32,000 nt of DNA, taken from contig JAUVVC010000001.1 in assembly GCA_030604855.1 (NCBI GenBank), forward strand, positions 30,001-62,000, given 5' to 3'. This DNA is from Erysipelotrichaceae bacterium (GTDB lineage Bacteria > Bacillota_I > Bacilli_A > Erysipelotrichales > Erysipelotrichaceae). This document shows positions 23,642 to 32,000 of this stretch, in pieces; the first letter of the stretch is position 1, and each line of letters begins with the position of its first letter. The notes under the pieces are model-generated. The model ran no database searches and was not told where the DNA came from. It saw only the letters and a program-made list of their open reading frames with translations. The position numbers were made by a program, and so were the translations under genes.

Positions 23642-25003
23642 ATGCTTGATATCAAAAAAGAGAATCGTTTCATCCTGGGAATCTTGATTCCCATCATCTT
23701 AGAAAATGTGTTATTGACCTTATCCAGTCTAGTCATCACCGGATATGTTGGGCGATTATTAATTTTGGAAATCTCCGCCCAAGGCGTGGCCAATCGCCTG
23801 TATGGGATTTATTTCTCGGTATTCAAAGGTTTGGCGATTGGTTTGATGGTGCTTGCGGCACGACACTTTGGCAGTGGACGATTGGATCGGTGTCGTATTG
23901 TTCAAGCACGTGCGATGGCAATGATTTTACCCTTATCACTTTTATCTTCACTTTTGATGTTTGTTTTTCGTACCGACTTTTTTCGGTTGATCACTCAAGA
24001 TGTTCAAATCTTGGACTTGGCATCGCGCTATTTTCAGATCTCGGTGTTGGGTTTTCCTTTTGTGGCGATCACCGCACTGAATACCGCTGCATTTCAAGCA
24101 CAGGGTAATACTCGTAGACCTTTGTATATTGCGGCATTCGGGAATTTATTCAATATCATCATCGGGTATGTATTGATTTTTGGGACGGTATGGACACCTG
24201 CTTTAGGCTTAAAAGGGGCTGCGATTTCTCTCATCAGTTCACAAATATTAAGTGCGAGTCTGGGCTTATGGGGTCTCTATAGCACGAAAATTGGATTGTT
24301 TAAGGATACCGTAAAAGTATCTGTTCAATCGATGTTCGATCGTTTTGAGAACGGACGGATCTTGGCAACAGGAGTACCGGCAGCGTTTGAGAATACCTTC
24401 TGGCAATTCGCAACCTTGATCATCTCACGTGTCATCATCGCTTATGGGACCGCACATTATGCGGCTTATCAGATGGGGCTTCAAGCAGAAGGTTTAAGTG
24501 AAATGTTGTCAGTTGGTTTCGTAACGGCATCCATCAGTTTGGCATCGATCGCGATTGGGAAGCAGGATGATGCTCTATTCAAGTTCTACTTCAAACGTTT
24601 GACGCAGTTGAGTCTAGTGATCAGTACAATCACCATGACGCTCTTGTTTTTCTTTGCGGAGAATTTAATGGGCTTATTGACGGATAAAGGCGAATTGATT
24701 CAAATCGGAACCCTGTATCTTAAAATCATGGCAGGATCTCAGATCCCTCAAAACATGTCAAAAGTCTTGAACGGCTTCATCCGTTCATCGGGTTATAAAA
24801 CCGTTCCGATGTTGGTCAGTTTCACAGGCTTATGGTTGGTTCGTGTACCTTTGAGTTTATTGGCTCAAAGTGTCCTGGGTTGGGATATCGTAACCATATG
24901 GTGGATCATCAATTTAGACCAATGGGTACGATTCTCAATCAGTTTGACCGTCTTCTTAAAAGCTAAGTTATATGATGCGATTCAAGCTCAAGCTTTGGCT
25001 TGA
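23642..25003 (+). CDS. MATE family efflux transporter
   Basis: ATG 23642 (MLDIKKENRFILGILIPIILEN) is a typical MATE N-terminus. The protein has about 12 TM segments. The upstream extension in ORF 23546 crosses the terminator and is rejected. Confidence 0.85.
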   Translation: MLDIKKENRFILGILIPIILENVLLTLSSLVITGYVGRLLILEISAQGVANRLYGIYFSVFKGLAIGLMVLAARHFGSGRLDRCRIVQARAMAMILPLSLLSSLLMFVFRTDFFRLITQDVQILDLASRYFQISVLGFPFVAITALNTAAFQAQGNTRRPLYIAAFGNLFNIIIGYVLIFGTVWTPALGLKGAAISLISSQILSASLGLWGLYSTKIGLFKDTVKVSVQSMFDRFENGRILATGVPAAFENTFWQFATLIISRVIIAYGTAHYAAYQMGLQAEGLSEMLSVGFVTASISLASIAIGKQDDALFKFYFKRLTQLSLVISTITMTLLFFFAENLMGLLTDKGELIQIGTLYLKIMAGSQIPQNMSKVLNGFIRSSGYKTVPMLVSFTGLWLVRVPLSLLAQSVLGWDIVTIWWIINLDQWVRFSISLTVFLKAKLYDAIQAQALA

Positions 25004-25862
25004 AATTTGATTTTGTGACGATGAAATTGTAGATCATGACCGTAATGAGTACGATCGATGCGCCAATTAAGGATAGCATTGATGGTTGCTCACCAAGAAC
25101 CAAGAATACCCAGATTGGATTCAATACAGGCTCAAGCGTAGCAATGATGGATGCGGTTGTTGCTTGGGTTTGTTTGATACCCAAGGCGAAGAGAATATAA
25201 CCGAAACCTAATTGAAAGATACCCATGGTGATAATAAGGATCCAAACCTGTGGATTTTGATTTAAAGCGAAACTTTGATCAAAAAAGACAAAGGGAATAA
25301 GCAGGACACTTAACAAGTTACCGACGAAAGTCGCATCGATGGGAGATGCGCCAGGCAGTTTGTTTGCGAAAAAGACACCTGCGAAGCTTAAACCAGACGC
25401 AAGGGCTAAGAGATCACCCAGCATGTTTCCAGACTGAAGTTGTTCCAGGAAGAAAAGGCTGATGCCTAAGAAAACACCGAATAAAGCAAAAAGATCACGC
25501 TTGCGTGGTTTTTGTTTATCAATAAAAATGGAAAGTAAGATGATAAAAATCGGAGATGTATATTGAAGGACGATGGCATTGGCTGAGCTGGTCAGTTTGT
25601 TTGCCATCATGAAGAGGATGGTTGTGAGGGTCAGACTGAGTGAAGCCAATAAAATGGAACGATTGAGTCTGAAGCGGAAACTACGATGATAGATGCCAAT
25701 TGTGATGGCTGCGAAAAGCCCGCGAAATGCCGCGATGGTGATGCCAGACCAAGGAATGAGCTTGCCTAAAAGACCGCCAAAACTCCAGAAGATGGCGGCG
25801 AATAAGATGAAAACTGGACCCTTGATTTGTTGTTTCACGTTTGTCATTATAGCAGAAAACAA
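24963..25862 (-). CDS. EamA/DMT family transporter
   Basis: 299-aa protein with about 10 TM segments and two EamA-like halves. Its 3' end overlaps the convergent MATE gene by 41 nt. The start could instead be Met6 (25847). Confidence 0.8.
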   Translation of the reverse strand: MFSAIMTNVKQQIKGPVFILFAAIFWSFGGLLGKLIPWSGITIAAFRGLFAAITIGIYHRSFRFRLNRSILLASLSLTLTTILFMMANKLTSSANAIVLQYTSPIFIILLSIFIDKQKPRKRDLFALFGVFLGISLFFLEQLQSGNMLGDLLALASGLSFAGVFFANKLPGASPIDATFVGNLLSVLLIPFVFFDQSFALNQNPQVWILIITMGIFQLGFGYILFALGIKQTQATTASIIATLEPVLNPIWVFLVLGEQPSMLSLIGASIVLITVMIYNFIVTKSNFKPKLELESHHIT

Positions 25863-25876
25863 AACGTTTGAAATAC

Positions 25877-26314
25877 TTATTCCAAATCAAGAAGTTGAAT
25901 CGCATTAACACCTTTACAGTGTTTAAGATCTTCCAGTAACTGATCCAACGAAACTCGCATATCCAAGATATCCAGCATGAGAATGACCGATGCGATGTTT
26001 CGAATCGGCGTGTTTTGATTTAAGGTTAAAACGTTGGCATTGGTTCGTGCAATAAAACCCAATACTTCCGATAAGACACCTTGTTGGTGGTCTAATAGAA
26101 AGGTAAGAATTGCTTTACGCGTCATTTTATTCTCATCCGGACGAAATACCAAGTCTTTATACTTGTAATAGCTTGAGCGTGATAAGTTCAAACGTTTACA
26201 TGCCTCGCTGATGTCTTTGACCTGTCGTGTTTGAACCAACTCACGTGCTTCAATGACTTTGAGATATGTTTCTGGAATCAACTTTTGATGAATGATGAGA
26301 AATTCAGGTTTCAT
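25877..26314 (-). CDS. UPF0735 ACT domain-containing protein (PheB-like) with N-terminal HTH-like segment
   Basis: ISEACKRLNLSRSSYYKYKDLVFRP followed by an ACT fold (ILTFLLDHQQGVLSEVLGFIARTNANVLTLNQ). It parallels B. subtilis PheB (VDLSRSAFYKYRDAVFPF...) as I recall it. It overlaps thrB by 11 nt. Confidence 0.75.
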   Translation of the reverse strand: MKPEFLIIHQKLIPETYLKVIEARELVQTRQVKDISEACKRLNLSRSSYYKYKDLVFRPDENKMTRKAILTFLLDHQQGVLSEVLGFIARTNANVLTLNQNTPIRNIASVILMLDILDMRVSLDQLLEDLKHCKGVNAIQLLDLE

Positions 26315-27167
26315 AGGACCACGCCATCCCTTTCGTATCCAAATTAACGTCTAAGATCGACCATTTTGCTTGTGTTCCTTCAAGACAGCTCTTCAATAAA
26401 GATTCTTCCTCGTTTGTCACAACCATGAGACTTGGACCTGCGCCACTGAGATAGTAGGCTAAATGCTTTGATGCTAAGTTGTCTGTAATGATTTTGAAGT
26501 CTGGATGAAGATTAAGACGAACGTTTTGGTGAATGCGATCCGTGATCGCCCATGCCAAACGTTCACTGTTTCCCGTACTCAACGCATCCAGTAAAAAGGG
26601 GATTTGACTGAGATTATAGACTGCATCTTCACGTGATATTTGTGTGGGTAAGACCTTACGACTGTGTTCGGTTGAGAGTGTAAAATCTGGAACCAAGAGC
26701 TTGAAATGATATGATGCATGAACGGGATACCGAATGACTTCAACCTTTTCGAAAAGGTGTTTGGAAGCACATAGACCCCCCACGATGGCAGGGACAATGT
26801 TGTCGGGGTGACCCTCAAGTAGATTGGCAAGTTGAATCAAACGCGTACGATCCAAACTTTTTGTGTGCTCGATTAAAGCAGTCGCAACACCTGCCACAAT
26901 CAAGGCAGCACTGGATCCCAGACCTCTTGCCATGGGTATTTCAGAGTGCATCTCAACTTTAAGCGGATGAACTTGGGTTTGTTCCTGTTCGCAAGCGAAT
27001 TGATAGGCTTTTAGAAAAAGATTGTCTTCACTTTCCTCAAAGCCGATGCATTCGTTTTGCCCACTGATCGTAACGATAAAATCCGCATATCGATTGATGG
27101 CTAAGCCGAGACAGTCAAAGCCAGGACCTAGATTGGCACTGGTTGCTGGGACACGTATTCGAATCAT
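26304..27167 (-). CDS. thrB: Homoserine kinase
   Basis: IRVPATSANLGPGFDCLGLA and MARGLGSSAA (GHMP kinase motif II). It overlaps thrC by 4 nt. Confidence 0.9.
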   Translation of the reverse strand: MIRIRVPATSANLGPGFDCLGLAINRYADFIVTISGQNECIGFEESEDNLFLKAYQFACEQEQTQVHPLKVEMHSEIPMARGLGSSAALIVAGVATALIEHTKSLDRTRLIQLANLLEGHPDNIVPAIVGGLCASKHLFEKVEVIRYPVHASYHFKLLVPDFTLSTEHSRKVLPTQISREDAVYNLSQIPFLLDALSTGNSERLAWAITDRIHQNVRLNLHPDFKIITDNLASKHLAYYLSGAGPSLMVVTNEEESLLKSCLEGTQAKWSILDVNLDTKGMAWSYET

Positions 27168-28573
27168 TTCAGCTCCTTTGCTTGAGCGATAGTCAAGATT
27201 TGGGTATGGATTTCAGGGAGATCTTCAAGTGAACGTAAAGCTTTCGGAATCAGAGTTCCTGTTAGCTTTGATAATTCGATCATGGCTTTAAAGTCATCCT
27301 CTGAAGGCTGCGCTTTTAATGCATTAAGAACACTACGCGGGAACTTATACGCTGAAGCAGTCGAAAGAACGGCAAGGGCTTGGTTTGGGTATTCAATTTG
27401 ATAGCGTTCTGCTGCAGCCCATGCGACTGCTGTGTGTGGATCAAGGAGTACCTGCTCTTCATCATAAACCGTTTGAATGGTTTGGCTTGTCAGAACCTCA
27501 TCAATGCGATAAGCCTTGAATCGTGACTGAAGTTGATTTAGTAAATCAGGATCGATTTGATATGCACCTTCATGATCCAAATCATGCATATACTTTGAAA
27601 CGTGCTTATCGTCTGCTTCTAGAAAAAGTAGACGTTCTAGATTACTTGATACTAAGATATCCATGGAAGGGGATTGTGTGTGCATAAATTCTCGTCTAAG
27701 ATTGTATCGACCTTGTGTGAAGAATTCGGTTAAGACATCATTGGCATTGGAGGCGATGATCAGATGCTTGATGGGAAGTCCCATACGATAAGCACAATAG
27801 CCTGCAAAGGCATTTCCAAAATTACCACTCGGGATGGAGAAACTCAAGGCTTCGCCTTTTTGAATTCGGTGATGCTTGATCGCATCGCCATACGCTTTGA
27901 AGTAATAGGCAAGCTGTGGAATCAAGCGACCAATATTGATGGAGTTTGCTGAACCATAGTGGTGATTCTCATCATTTCGAAAGAGGTGTTTAACGACTGC
28001 TTGAGCATCATCAAAATTACCTTCGATTCCATAGACTTTGACACCTTTAGCATCGATCGTAGTCATTTGACGACGTTGGATTGAACTGATGCCCACTTGT
28101 GGATAAAAAACCGTGATGGGGAAAACAGAATCCTTAAATCCCATTAAAGCTGCGGAACCCGTGTCACCACTTGTCGCTGTTAAGATATGAGGAACAACAC
28201 GTGTTCCTGATTTGATGAAAGCGCGATGACTCAGTTCAGGTAAGACACTTAAAGCAATGTCTTTAAAGGCAGCGCTGGGACCGTGGTAGAGTTCAACGAT
28301 TTGATGTTTACGAAAGATACTGGGCACGATTTCAGGTTGCTCAAATTGAGCATAGGCTTTGTGGATAAAATCCTTGTCGATATTTAGTTCGGGAAAAACG
28401 ATGCTTAGAATTTCATAGATGATGTCTTCAAAGGGAAGATTGATCCATGTCTCCCATGAGACAAGTGGAAATTCATTGAACATCCAAAGACCACCATCGG
28501 GTGCCATGGGTTGGATCAATGCTTGCCAAGTAGTTTGTTCTAAATTTGTGTTACGTGTGCTGTAGAGTTTCAT
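27164..28573 (-). CDS. thrC: Threonine synthase (long form)
   Basis: GPSAAFKDIALS (PLP lysine), TSGDTGSAA and PSGNFGN motifs. 469 aa. Confidence 0.9.
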   Translation of the reverse strand: MKLYSTRNTNLEQTTWQALIQPMAPDGGLWMFNEFPLVSWETWINLPFEDIIYEILSIVFPELNIDKDFIHKAYAQFEQPEIVPSIFRKHQIVELYHGPSAAFKDIALSVLPELSHRAFIKSGTRVVPHILTATSGDTGSAALMGFKDSVFPITVFYPQVGISSIQRRQMTTIDAKGVKVYGIEGNFDDAQAVVKHLFRNDENHHYGSANSINIGRLIPQLAYYFKAYGDAIKHHRIQKGEALSFSIPSGNFGNAFAGYCAYRMGLPIKHLIIASNANDVLTEFFTQGRYNLRREFMHTQSPSMDILVSSNLERLLFLEADDKHVSKYMHDLDHEGAYQIDPDLLNQLQSRFKAYRIDEVLTSQTIQTVYDEEQVLLDPHTAVAWAAAERYQIEYPNQALAVLSTASAYKFPRSVLNALKAQPSEDDFKAMIELSKLTGTLIPKALRSLEDLPEIHTQILTIAQAKELK

Positions 28574-28618
28574 ATTTCACTTGTTTTTAATTATACACGA
28601 TGCTAGAATGTTTTCAAT

Positions 28619-29830
28619 ATGAAAACAGATGTATCGAAAATAGAAACAAATAAACGCTTAGGCATTGGTCTACTTGGCTATGGAACAGTGGGAAAAGGTT
28701 TAGAAACTCTCCTTGAGGCAACGGCATCAGATGCCTTCTTTATTGCTAAAATATTACGAAGAGCTACGAAAGCGAATCGTCATGACATGGTTGAAGATAT
28801 TGAATCCTTGCTTCAGGATCCTAATGTGGATATTGTCGTCGAGGTTCTTGGGGGGATAGAACCAGCCCGAACGTATATACTGGCTGCTTTGAACGCAAAG
28901 AAAGCGGTTGTTACTGCGAATAAGGCTTTGATCAATCGACACGGGGATGAATTGGATGCGTGTGCGAAAGCCAACGGTGTTGCTTTGCGTTTCAGTGCAG
29001 CGGTTGGTGGTGGCATTCCTTATCTAGCGACCTTGTTGGAAGTCAAACGTCACACCCAGATTCAAGCGATAGGGGGTATCCTCAATGGTACGAGTAATTT
29101 CATGCTCGATAAGATGGAACGTGAGCAGTGTGCCTTTGAAGAAGCTTTACGTGCAGCACAACAATTGGGTTATGCCGAAGCAGACCCCAGTGCGGATATC
29201 TTAGGCACAGATAGTTTGAATAAGATACGTTTGTCAGGTGTTGTGGCCTTTGATCGGTGGATTGAATTTGAAAGCATTCCATGTGAGGGAATTGCGTATC
29301 TACAAGCTGAGGATATTCAGTTTATTCAAAACTTGGGTTATCATATCCGACTGTTTGCGACCATGTGTCGAAGTGAGGATGGTATCCAAGCTTATGTCGA
29401 ACCTCAGCTTTTTAATGTGGAAGATGCGGAGGCATCTATATTGGCTAATCACAACATCGCTTGGTTCGTTGATTCGATGAATGAGCGTCAAGCTTTGATT
29501 GGACAAGGTGCAGGGGGATTACCAACTGCAGGTAATATTCTACGGGACTTGATGCAGATCAAAGAAAAGACAGGGGGTATGTTGCCGGAAGGACATACGA
29601 AACTTGTCGCAAATAATACCAAAGCGATTCATCCATACCTGATTCGAAGTTCAAAAACCTTGAAATCAGGCTATCTGGAAGCTTTGAGTGAAGTCAAATG
29701 GATACAAGGCAACCGTATCTATCGCATCACAAAAGCCATGGACGTATCACGTATCCATGCCCTCGTTCAGACATTGCGAGCGACAGAACCCATCTTTTTC
29801 GCTGGTATACAAACCAAGGAGACATTATGA
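28619..29830 (+). CDS. hom: Homoserine dehydrogenase
   Basis: N-terminal GLLGYGTVGKG Rossmann motif, VVTANKA, GILNGTSNFML, and AQQLGYAEADPSADILGTD. Confidence 0.9.
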   Translation: MKTDVSKIETNKRLGIGLLGYGTVGKGLETLLEATASDAFFIAKILRRATKANRHDMVEDIESLLQDPNVDIVVEVLGGIEPARTYILAALNAKKAVVTANKALINRHGDELDACAKANGVALRFSAAVGGGIPYLATLLEVKRHTQIQAIGGILNGTSNFMLDKMEREQCAFEEALRAAQQLGYAEADPSADILGTDSLNKIRLSGVVAFDRWIEFESIPCEGIAYLQAEDIQFIQNLGYHIRLFATMCRSEDGIQAYVEPQLFNVEDAEASILANHNIAWFVDSMNERQALIGQGAGGLPTAGNILRDLMQIKEKTGGMLPEGHTKLVANNTKAIHPYLIRSSKTLKSGYLEALSEVKWIQGNRIYRITKAMDVSRIHALVQTLRATEPIFFAGIQTKETL

Positions 29831-31149
29831 AAATCTGTAAATTCGGTGGGTCATCACTCGCCAATGCTAAACAATTCAAAAAAATCATAACCATAGTGGA
29901 AAGCGATCCTAAACGACGAATCGTCGTTGTTTCAGCAGTGGGTAAATCACATCCGGATCAAAACAAAATTACGGATTTACTTTATCTTCTCCATGCGCAT
30001 CTTTTGTATGGGGTGGATTATCAAGCACTCCTGAATGAAATCATTGAGCGTTATCGCTCAATTCAATTGGATCTAGGTTTAAAGTTCGATGTACAAGCGT
30101 TTTTTGATCGTCTTAAAATGGATTTGAGCCCAAAAACAGAACGTGATGCCTTGGTTTCAATCGGTGAAAAACTCAGTGCCATCTTGTGTGCGGAGTACTT
30201 GAACTGGCCAATGATTGATGCGAAGGATGCCATCGTTCTTACAAGTGATGGCACAGTAGATCTTGAACGCTCGACACAGAAACTCAATACGCTTTTTCAA
30301 CAGTATCCTCATTTTGTATTGCCTGGTTTTTATGGGGCTTTACCCAATGGTCGTATCAAGCTTATGAAACGAGGGGGCTCGGACATTACCGGTTCGATTG
30401 TCGCGGCAGCGTTGCATGCGGAAATCTATGAGAACTGGACCGATGTCAGCGGCATCATGATGGCGGACCCTAGAATCGTCCCTGAAGCAAAACCGATTCC
30501 CCAACTGACTTATGGTGAGCTCCGTGAGTTGACATTCATGGGCGCTTCGATTTTGCATGAGGAATCCATTCAAGCGGTCAAACATCTCAACATTCCACTT
30601 AATATTCGCAATACAAATAAACCCGAAGAACTGGGTACTTTGATTCGCAATGATATCATCGATGATGATCAAGCTGAAGGTTTCATAACGGGCATCACTG
30701 GCCTCAAAGACTTTGCGGTCGTAACCGTGCATAAAGAACAAATCGCACGTCACCCACAGGTGTTACGTCAGATTCTAGAGAGCTTTGAACGACATGATTT
30801 GTTGATTGAACACATGACCAAAGGCATCGACAGTTTGAGTCTGACCGTTAAGGTAGAAGCTCTTAAAGAGCGACAATTCGATCTCTTTGCGGATCTCAAA
30901 CAGAAATGTTCGATTGATAAACTAACCTTTGAAGATGATTTGGCCTTAATTGCGGTTGTTGGTCGCAACATGAAAGAAAAGCCAGGCATATCTGGCCAAC
31001 TCTTCAGTGCACTGGGGGCAAAGAACATCAATATTCGTTTGATCGCTCAAGGTACCGATGAGATCAGCATCATCGTGGGTGTCGCCAATGCGGATTTTGA
31101 GTTGACGATTCAAACTCTATACGAACACTTCATTCGTAAGAATGGTTAA
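29827..31149 (+). CDS. Aspartate kinase (monofunctional)
   Basis: ATG 29827 overlaps the hom stop (ATGA). It has the MKICKFGGSSLAN kinase N-terminus, TDVSGIMMADPR, and two C-terminal ACT-like repeats (LIAVVGRNM, ISIIVGV). Confidence 0.9.
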   Translation: MKICKFGGSSLANAKQFKKIITIVESDPKRRIVVVSAVGKSHPDQNKITDLLYLLHAHLLYGVDYQALLNEIIERYRSIQLDLGLKFDVQAFFDRLKMDLSPKTERDALVSIGEKLSAILCAEYLNWPMIDAKDAIVLTSDGTVDLERSTQKLNTLFQQYPHFVLPGFYGALPNGRIKLMKRGGSDITGSIVAAALHAEIYENWTDVSGIMMADPRIVPEAKPIPQLTYGELRELTFMGASILHEESIQAVKHLNIPLNIRNTNKPEELGTLIRNDIIDDDQAEGFITGITGLKDFAVVTVHKEQIARHPQVLRQILESFERHDLLIEHMTKGIDSLSLTVKVEALKERQFDLFADLKQKCSIDKLTFEDDLALIAVVGRNMKEKPGISGQLFSALGAKNINIRLIAQGTDEISIIVGVANADFELTIQTLYEHFIRKNG

Positions 31150-31151
31150 AG

Positions 31152-31174
31152 AAAAGACGAAATATCGTCTTTTT
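31152..31174. terminator. Bidirectional terminator between the aspartate kinase and LacI-family genes
   Basis: AAAGACGA-aata-TCGTCTTT followed by TT. A-rich and T-rich flanks are present on both strands. Confidence 0.75.
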
Positions 31175-32000
31175 AACTGGATTCTTTTTTGATGACTTGG
31201 AAAGGCAGAGTATGTGCTGTGGTGTCCAAGGTTTCGGGTTTTTCAATCCGCTTCAACAACAATTCCATGGCCTTACATCCCAATTCATACGTATTGAGTT
31301 CAACCGTTGTGATGGCAGGTTGCGAGACACTGGAGAAGATGGTGTTGTCAAAACCAACGACGGAAATATCTTCAGGAACGCGTAGGTTTCGAGATTGAAT
31401 CTCATCGATGATGCCAACAGCGGTTAAATCGGAAGTGGCAAAAAAGGCATCGATTTCAGGCTTTTCATCCAATAAGACGGAAGCGACTGCTTTCCCAGAG
31501 ATATAACCAAAATAATACTCTTCAGAGACTTCACATAAGACGGGGAGTCCATGCTTATTCAAGACATCTTTATACGCACGATACTTTTCGATATTAGAAA
31601 CAATTTGAGTCGAACCGGTATGCACATAGGCAATGTTTCGTCGACCCGATGCGATCAAATGTTCCATCAATTCAAAACTTGCCTTATAAAAATCCACACT
31701 GTAATAAGGTGCATTTGATCCGGGCACATATTCGATGGTCTGCACAACAGGGTAGGACTGATTCAAATCATTGATCTCATCCAATTGAAGGGTGTTCGAA
31801 ATCAAAATCATCCCATCCACATAATGATTCCTTAACATCTTTACATAATGTCTCTCACGTTCACGATCCCCATAGGTCGTACAAATCAAAACATTATAGT
31901 TATTATGATGGGCAATGTTTTCAATACCTTGAATGATCATCGAAAAGAATGGATTGTCCACACTGTGCACCAAGACCAGAATCATGTTGGTCTTATCCTT
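31173..32000 (-). CDS. LacI family transcriptional regulator, sugar-binding domain (N-terminal HTH outside the window)
   Basis: ILVLVHSVDNPFFSMIIQGIE, DGMILISN and ISVVGFDN are classic LacI/PBP-type-1 core motifs. The reading frame remains open to the window edge. Confidence 0.8.
   Translation of the reverse strand, partial: KDKTNMILVLVHSVDNPFFSMIIQGIENIAHHNNYNVLICTTYGDRERERHYVKMLRNHYVDGMILISNTLQLDEINDLNQSYPVVQTIEYVPGSNAPYYSVDFYKASFELMEHLIASGRRNIAYVHTGSTQIVSNIEKYRAYKDVLNKHGLPVLCEVSEEYYFGYISGKAVASVLLDEKPEIDAFFATSDLTAVGIIDEIQSRNLRVPEDISVVGFDNTIFSSVSQPAITTVELNTYELGCKAMELLLKRIEKPETLDTTAHTLPFQVIKKESS

Noticed and set aside
28574-28618. Possible riboswitch or T-box between thrC and hom
   Set aside because: Only 45 bp separate the two start codons. 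That is enough for divergent promoters (for example TTGTTT...TGcTAGAAT for hom) but far too short for an RNA leader.
1-32000. Search by eye for CRISPR arrays, IS elements or transposases, integrases, tRNA or rRNA genes, and known defence-system genes
   Set aside because: None found. There are no regularly spaced repeats, no recombinase-like ORFs and no tRNA-like cloverleaf candidates. The AT-rich segment has no recognisable mobility genes, so lateral acquisition rests on composition only.

Overview
This 32-kb chromosomal window looks like it comes from a monoderm, Bacillota-type bacterium. Supporting signs are a T-box leader, a group-I ECF importer, a PheB/UPF0735 ACT protein, strong SD sites and many hairpin+T-run terminators. 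I support 30 protein genes, one candidate 15-codon leader ORF, two cis-regulatory RNAs, and several promoters, operators and terminators. No rRNA, tRNA, CRISPR array, transposase or integrase was seen.

Gene order:
- 1-3.1 kb: the 3' part of a CHAD gene, then a translationally coupled Gfo/Idh/MocA - GlcG/UPF0303-like - Gfo/Idh/MocA operon.
- 3.1-4.6 kb (-): a TcyP-like DAACS symporter preceded by a terminator-containing leader that encodes a Cys-rich mini-peptide.
- 4.65-11.1 kb (+): sigma-A promoter, T-box leader (specifier most likely AUG/Met), ECF S component, fused EcfA-A', EcfT, M20 dipeptidase-like hydrolase and two tandem DUF62 SAM hydroxide adenosyltransferases, closed by a terminator.
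- 11.1-17.8 kb: DNA-alkylation-repair-like HEAT protein, FNR-like reductase, ferritin, MFS transporter, RelB/RelE pair and CadC/CadA metal-efflux pair.
- 17.8-22.8 kb: a visibly AT-richer segment carrying a bactofilin-domain protein and a 1021-aa PAS-PAS-GGDEF(degenerate)-EAL-hemerythrin-GAF protein. The latter is preceded by what I read as a c-di-GMP-I (GEMM-I) riboswitch.
- 22.8-23.6 kb (+): a heliorhodopsin transcribed divergently from the c-di-GMP locus, with the Schiff-base Lys, the Glu counterion and both conserved His residues intact.
- 23.6-32 kb: MATE and EamA transporters, a divergent thrC-thrB-ACT / hom-aspartate kinase cluster, and a partial LacI-family gene.

The most interesting candidates are:
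- the Met-T-box / ECF / M20 / twin SAM-hydrolase operon, a possible methionine-scavenging system that would give DUF62 enzymes a physiological role;
- the Cys-codon leader-peptide attenuator upstream of the cystine-type carrier;
- the riboswitch - hemerythrin-PDE - bactofilin unit lying back to back with the heliorhodopsin.

All calls rest on reading the sequence and on recalled family motifs. No searches or folding programs were run.
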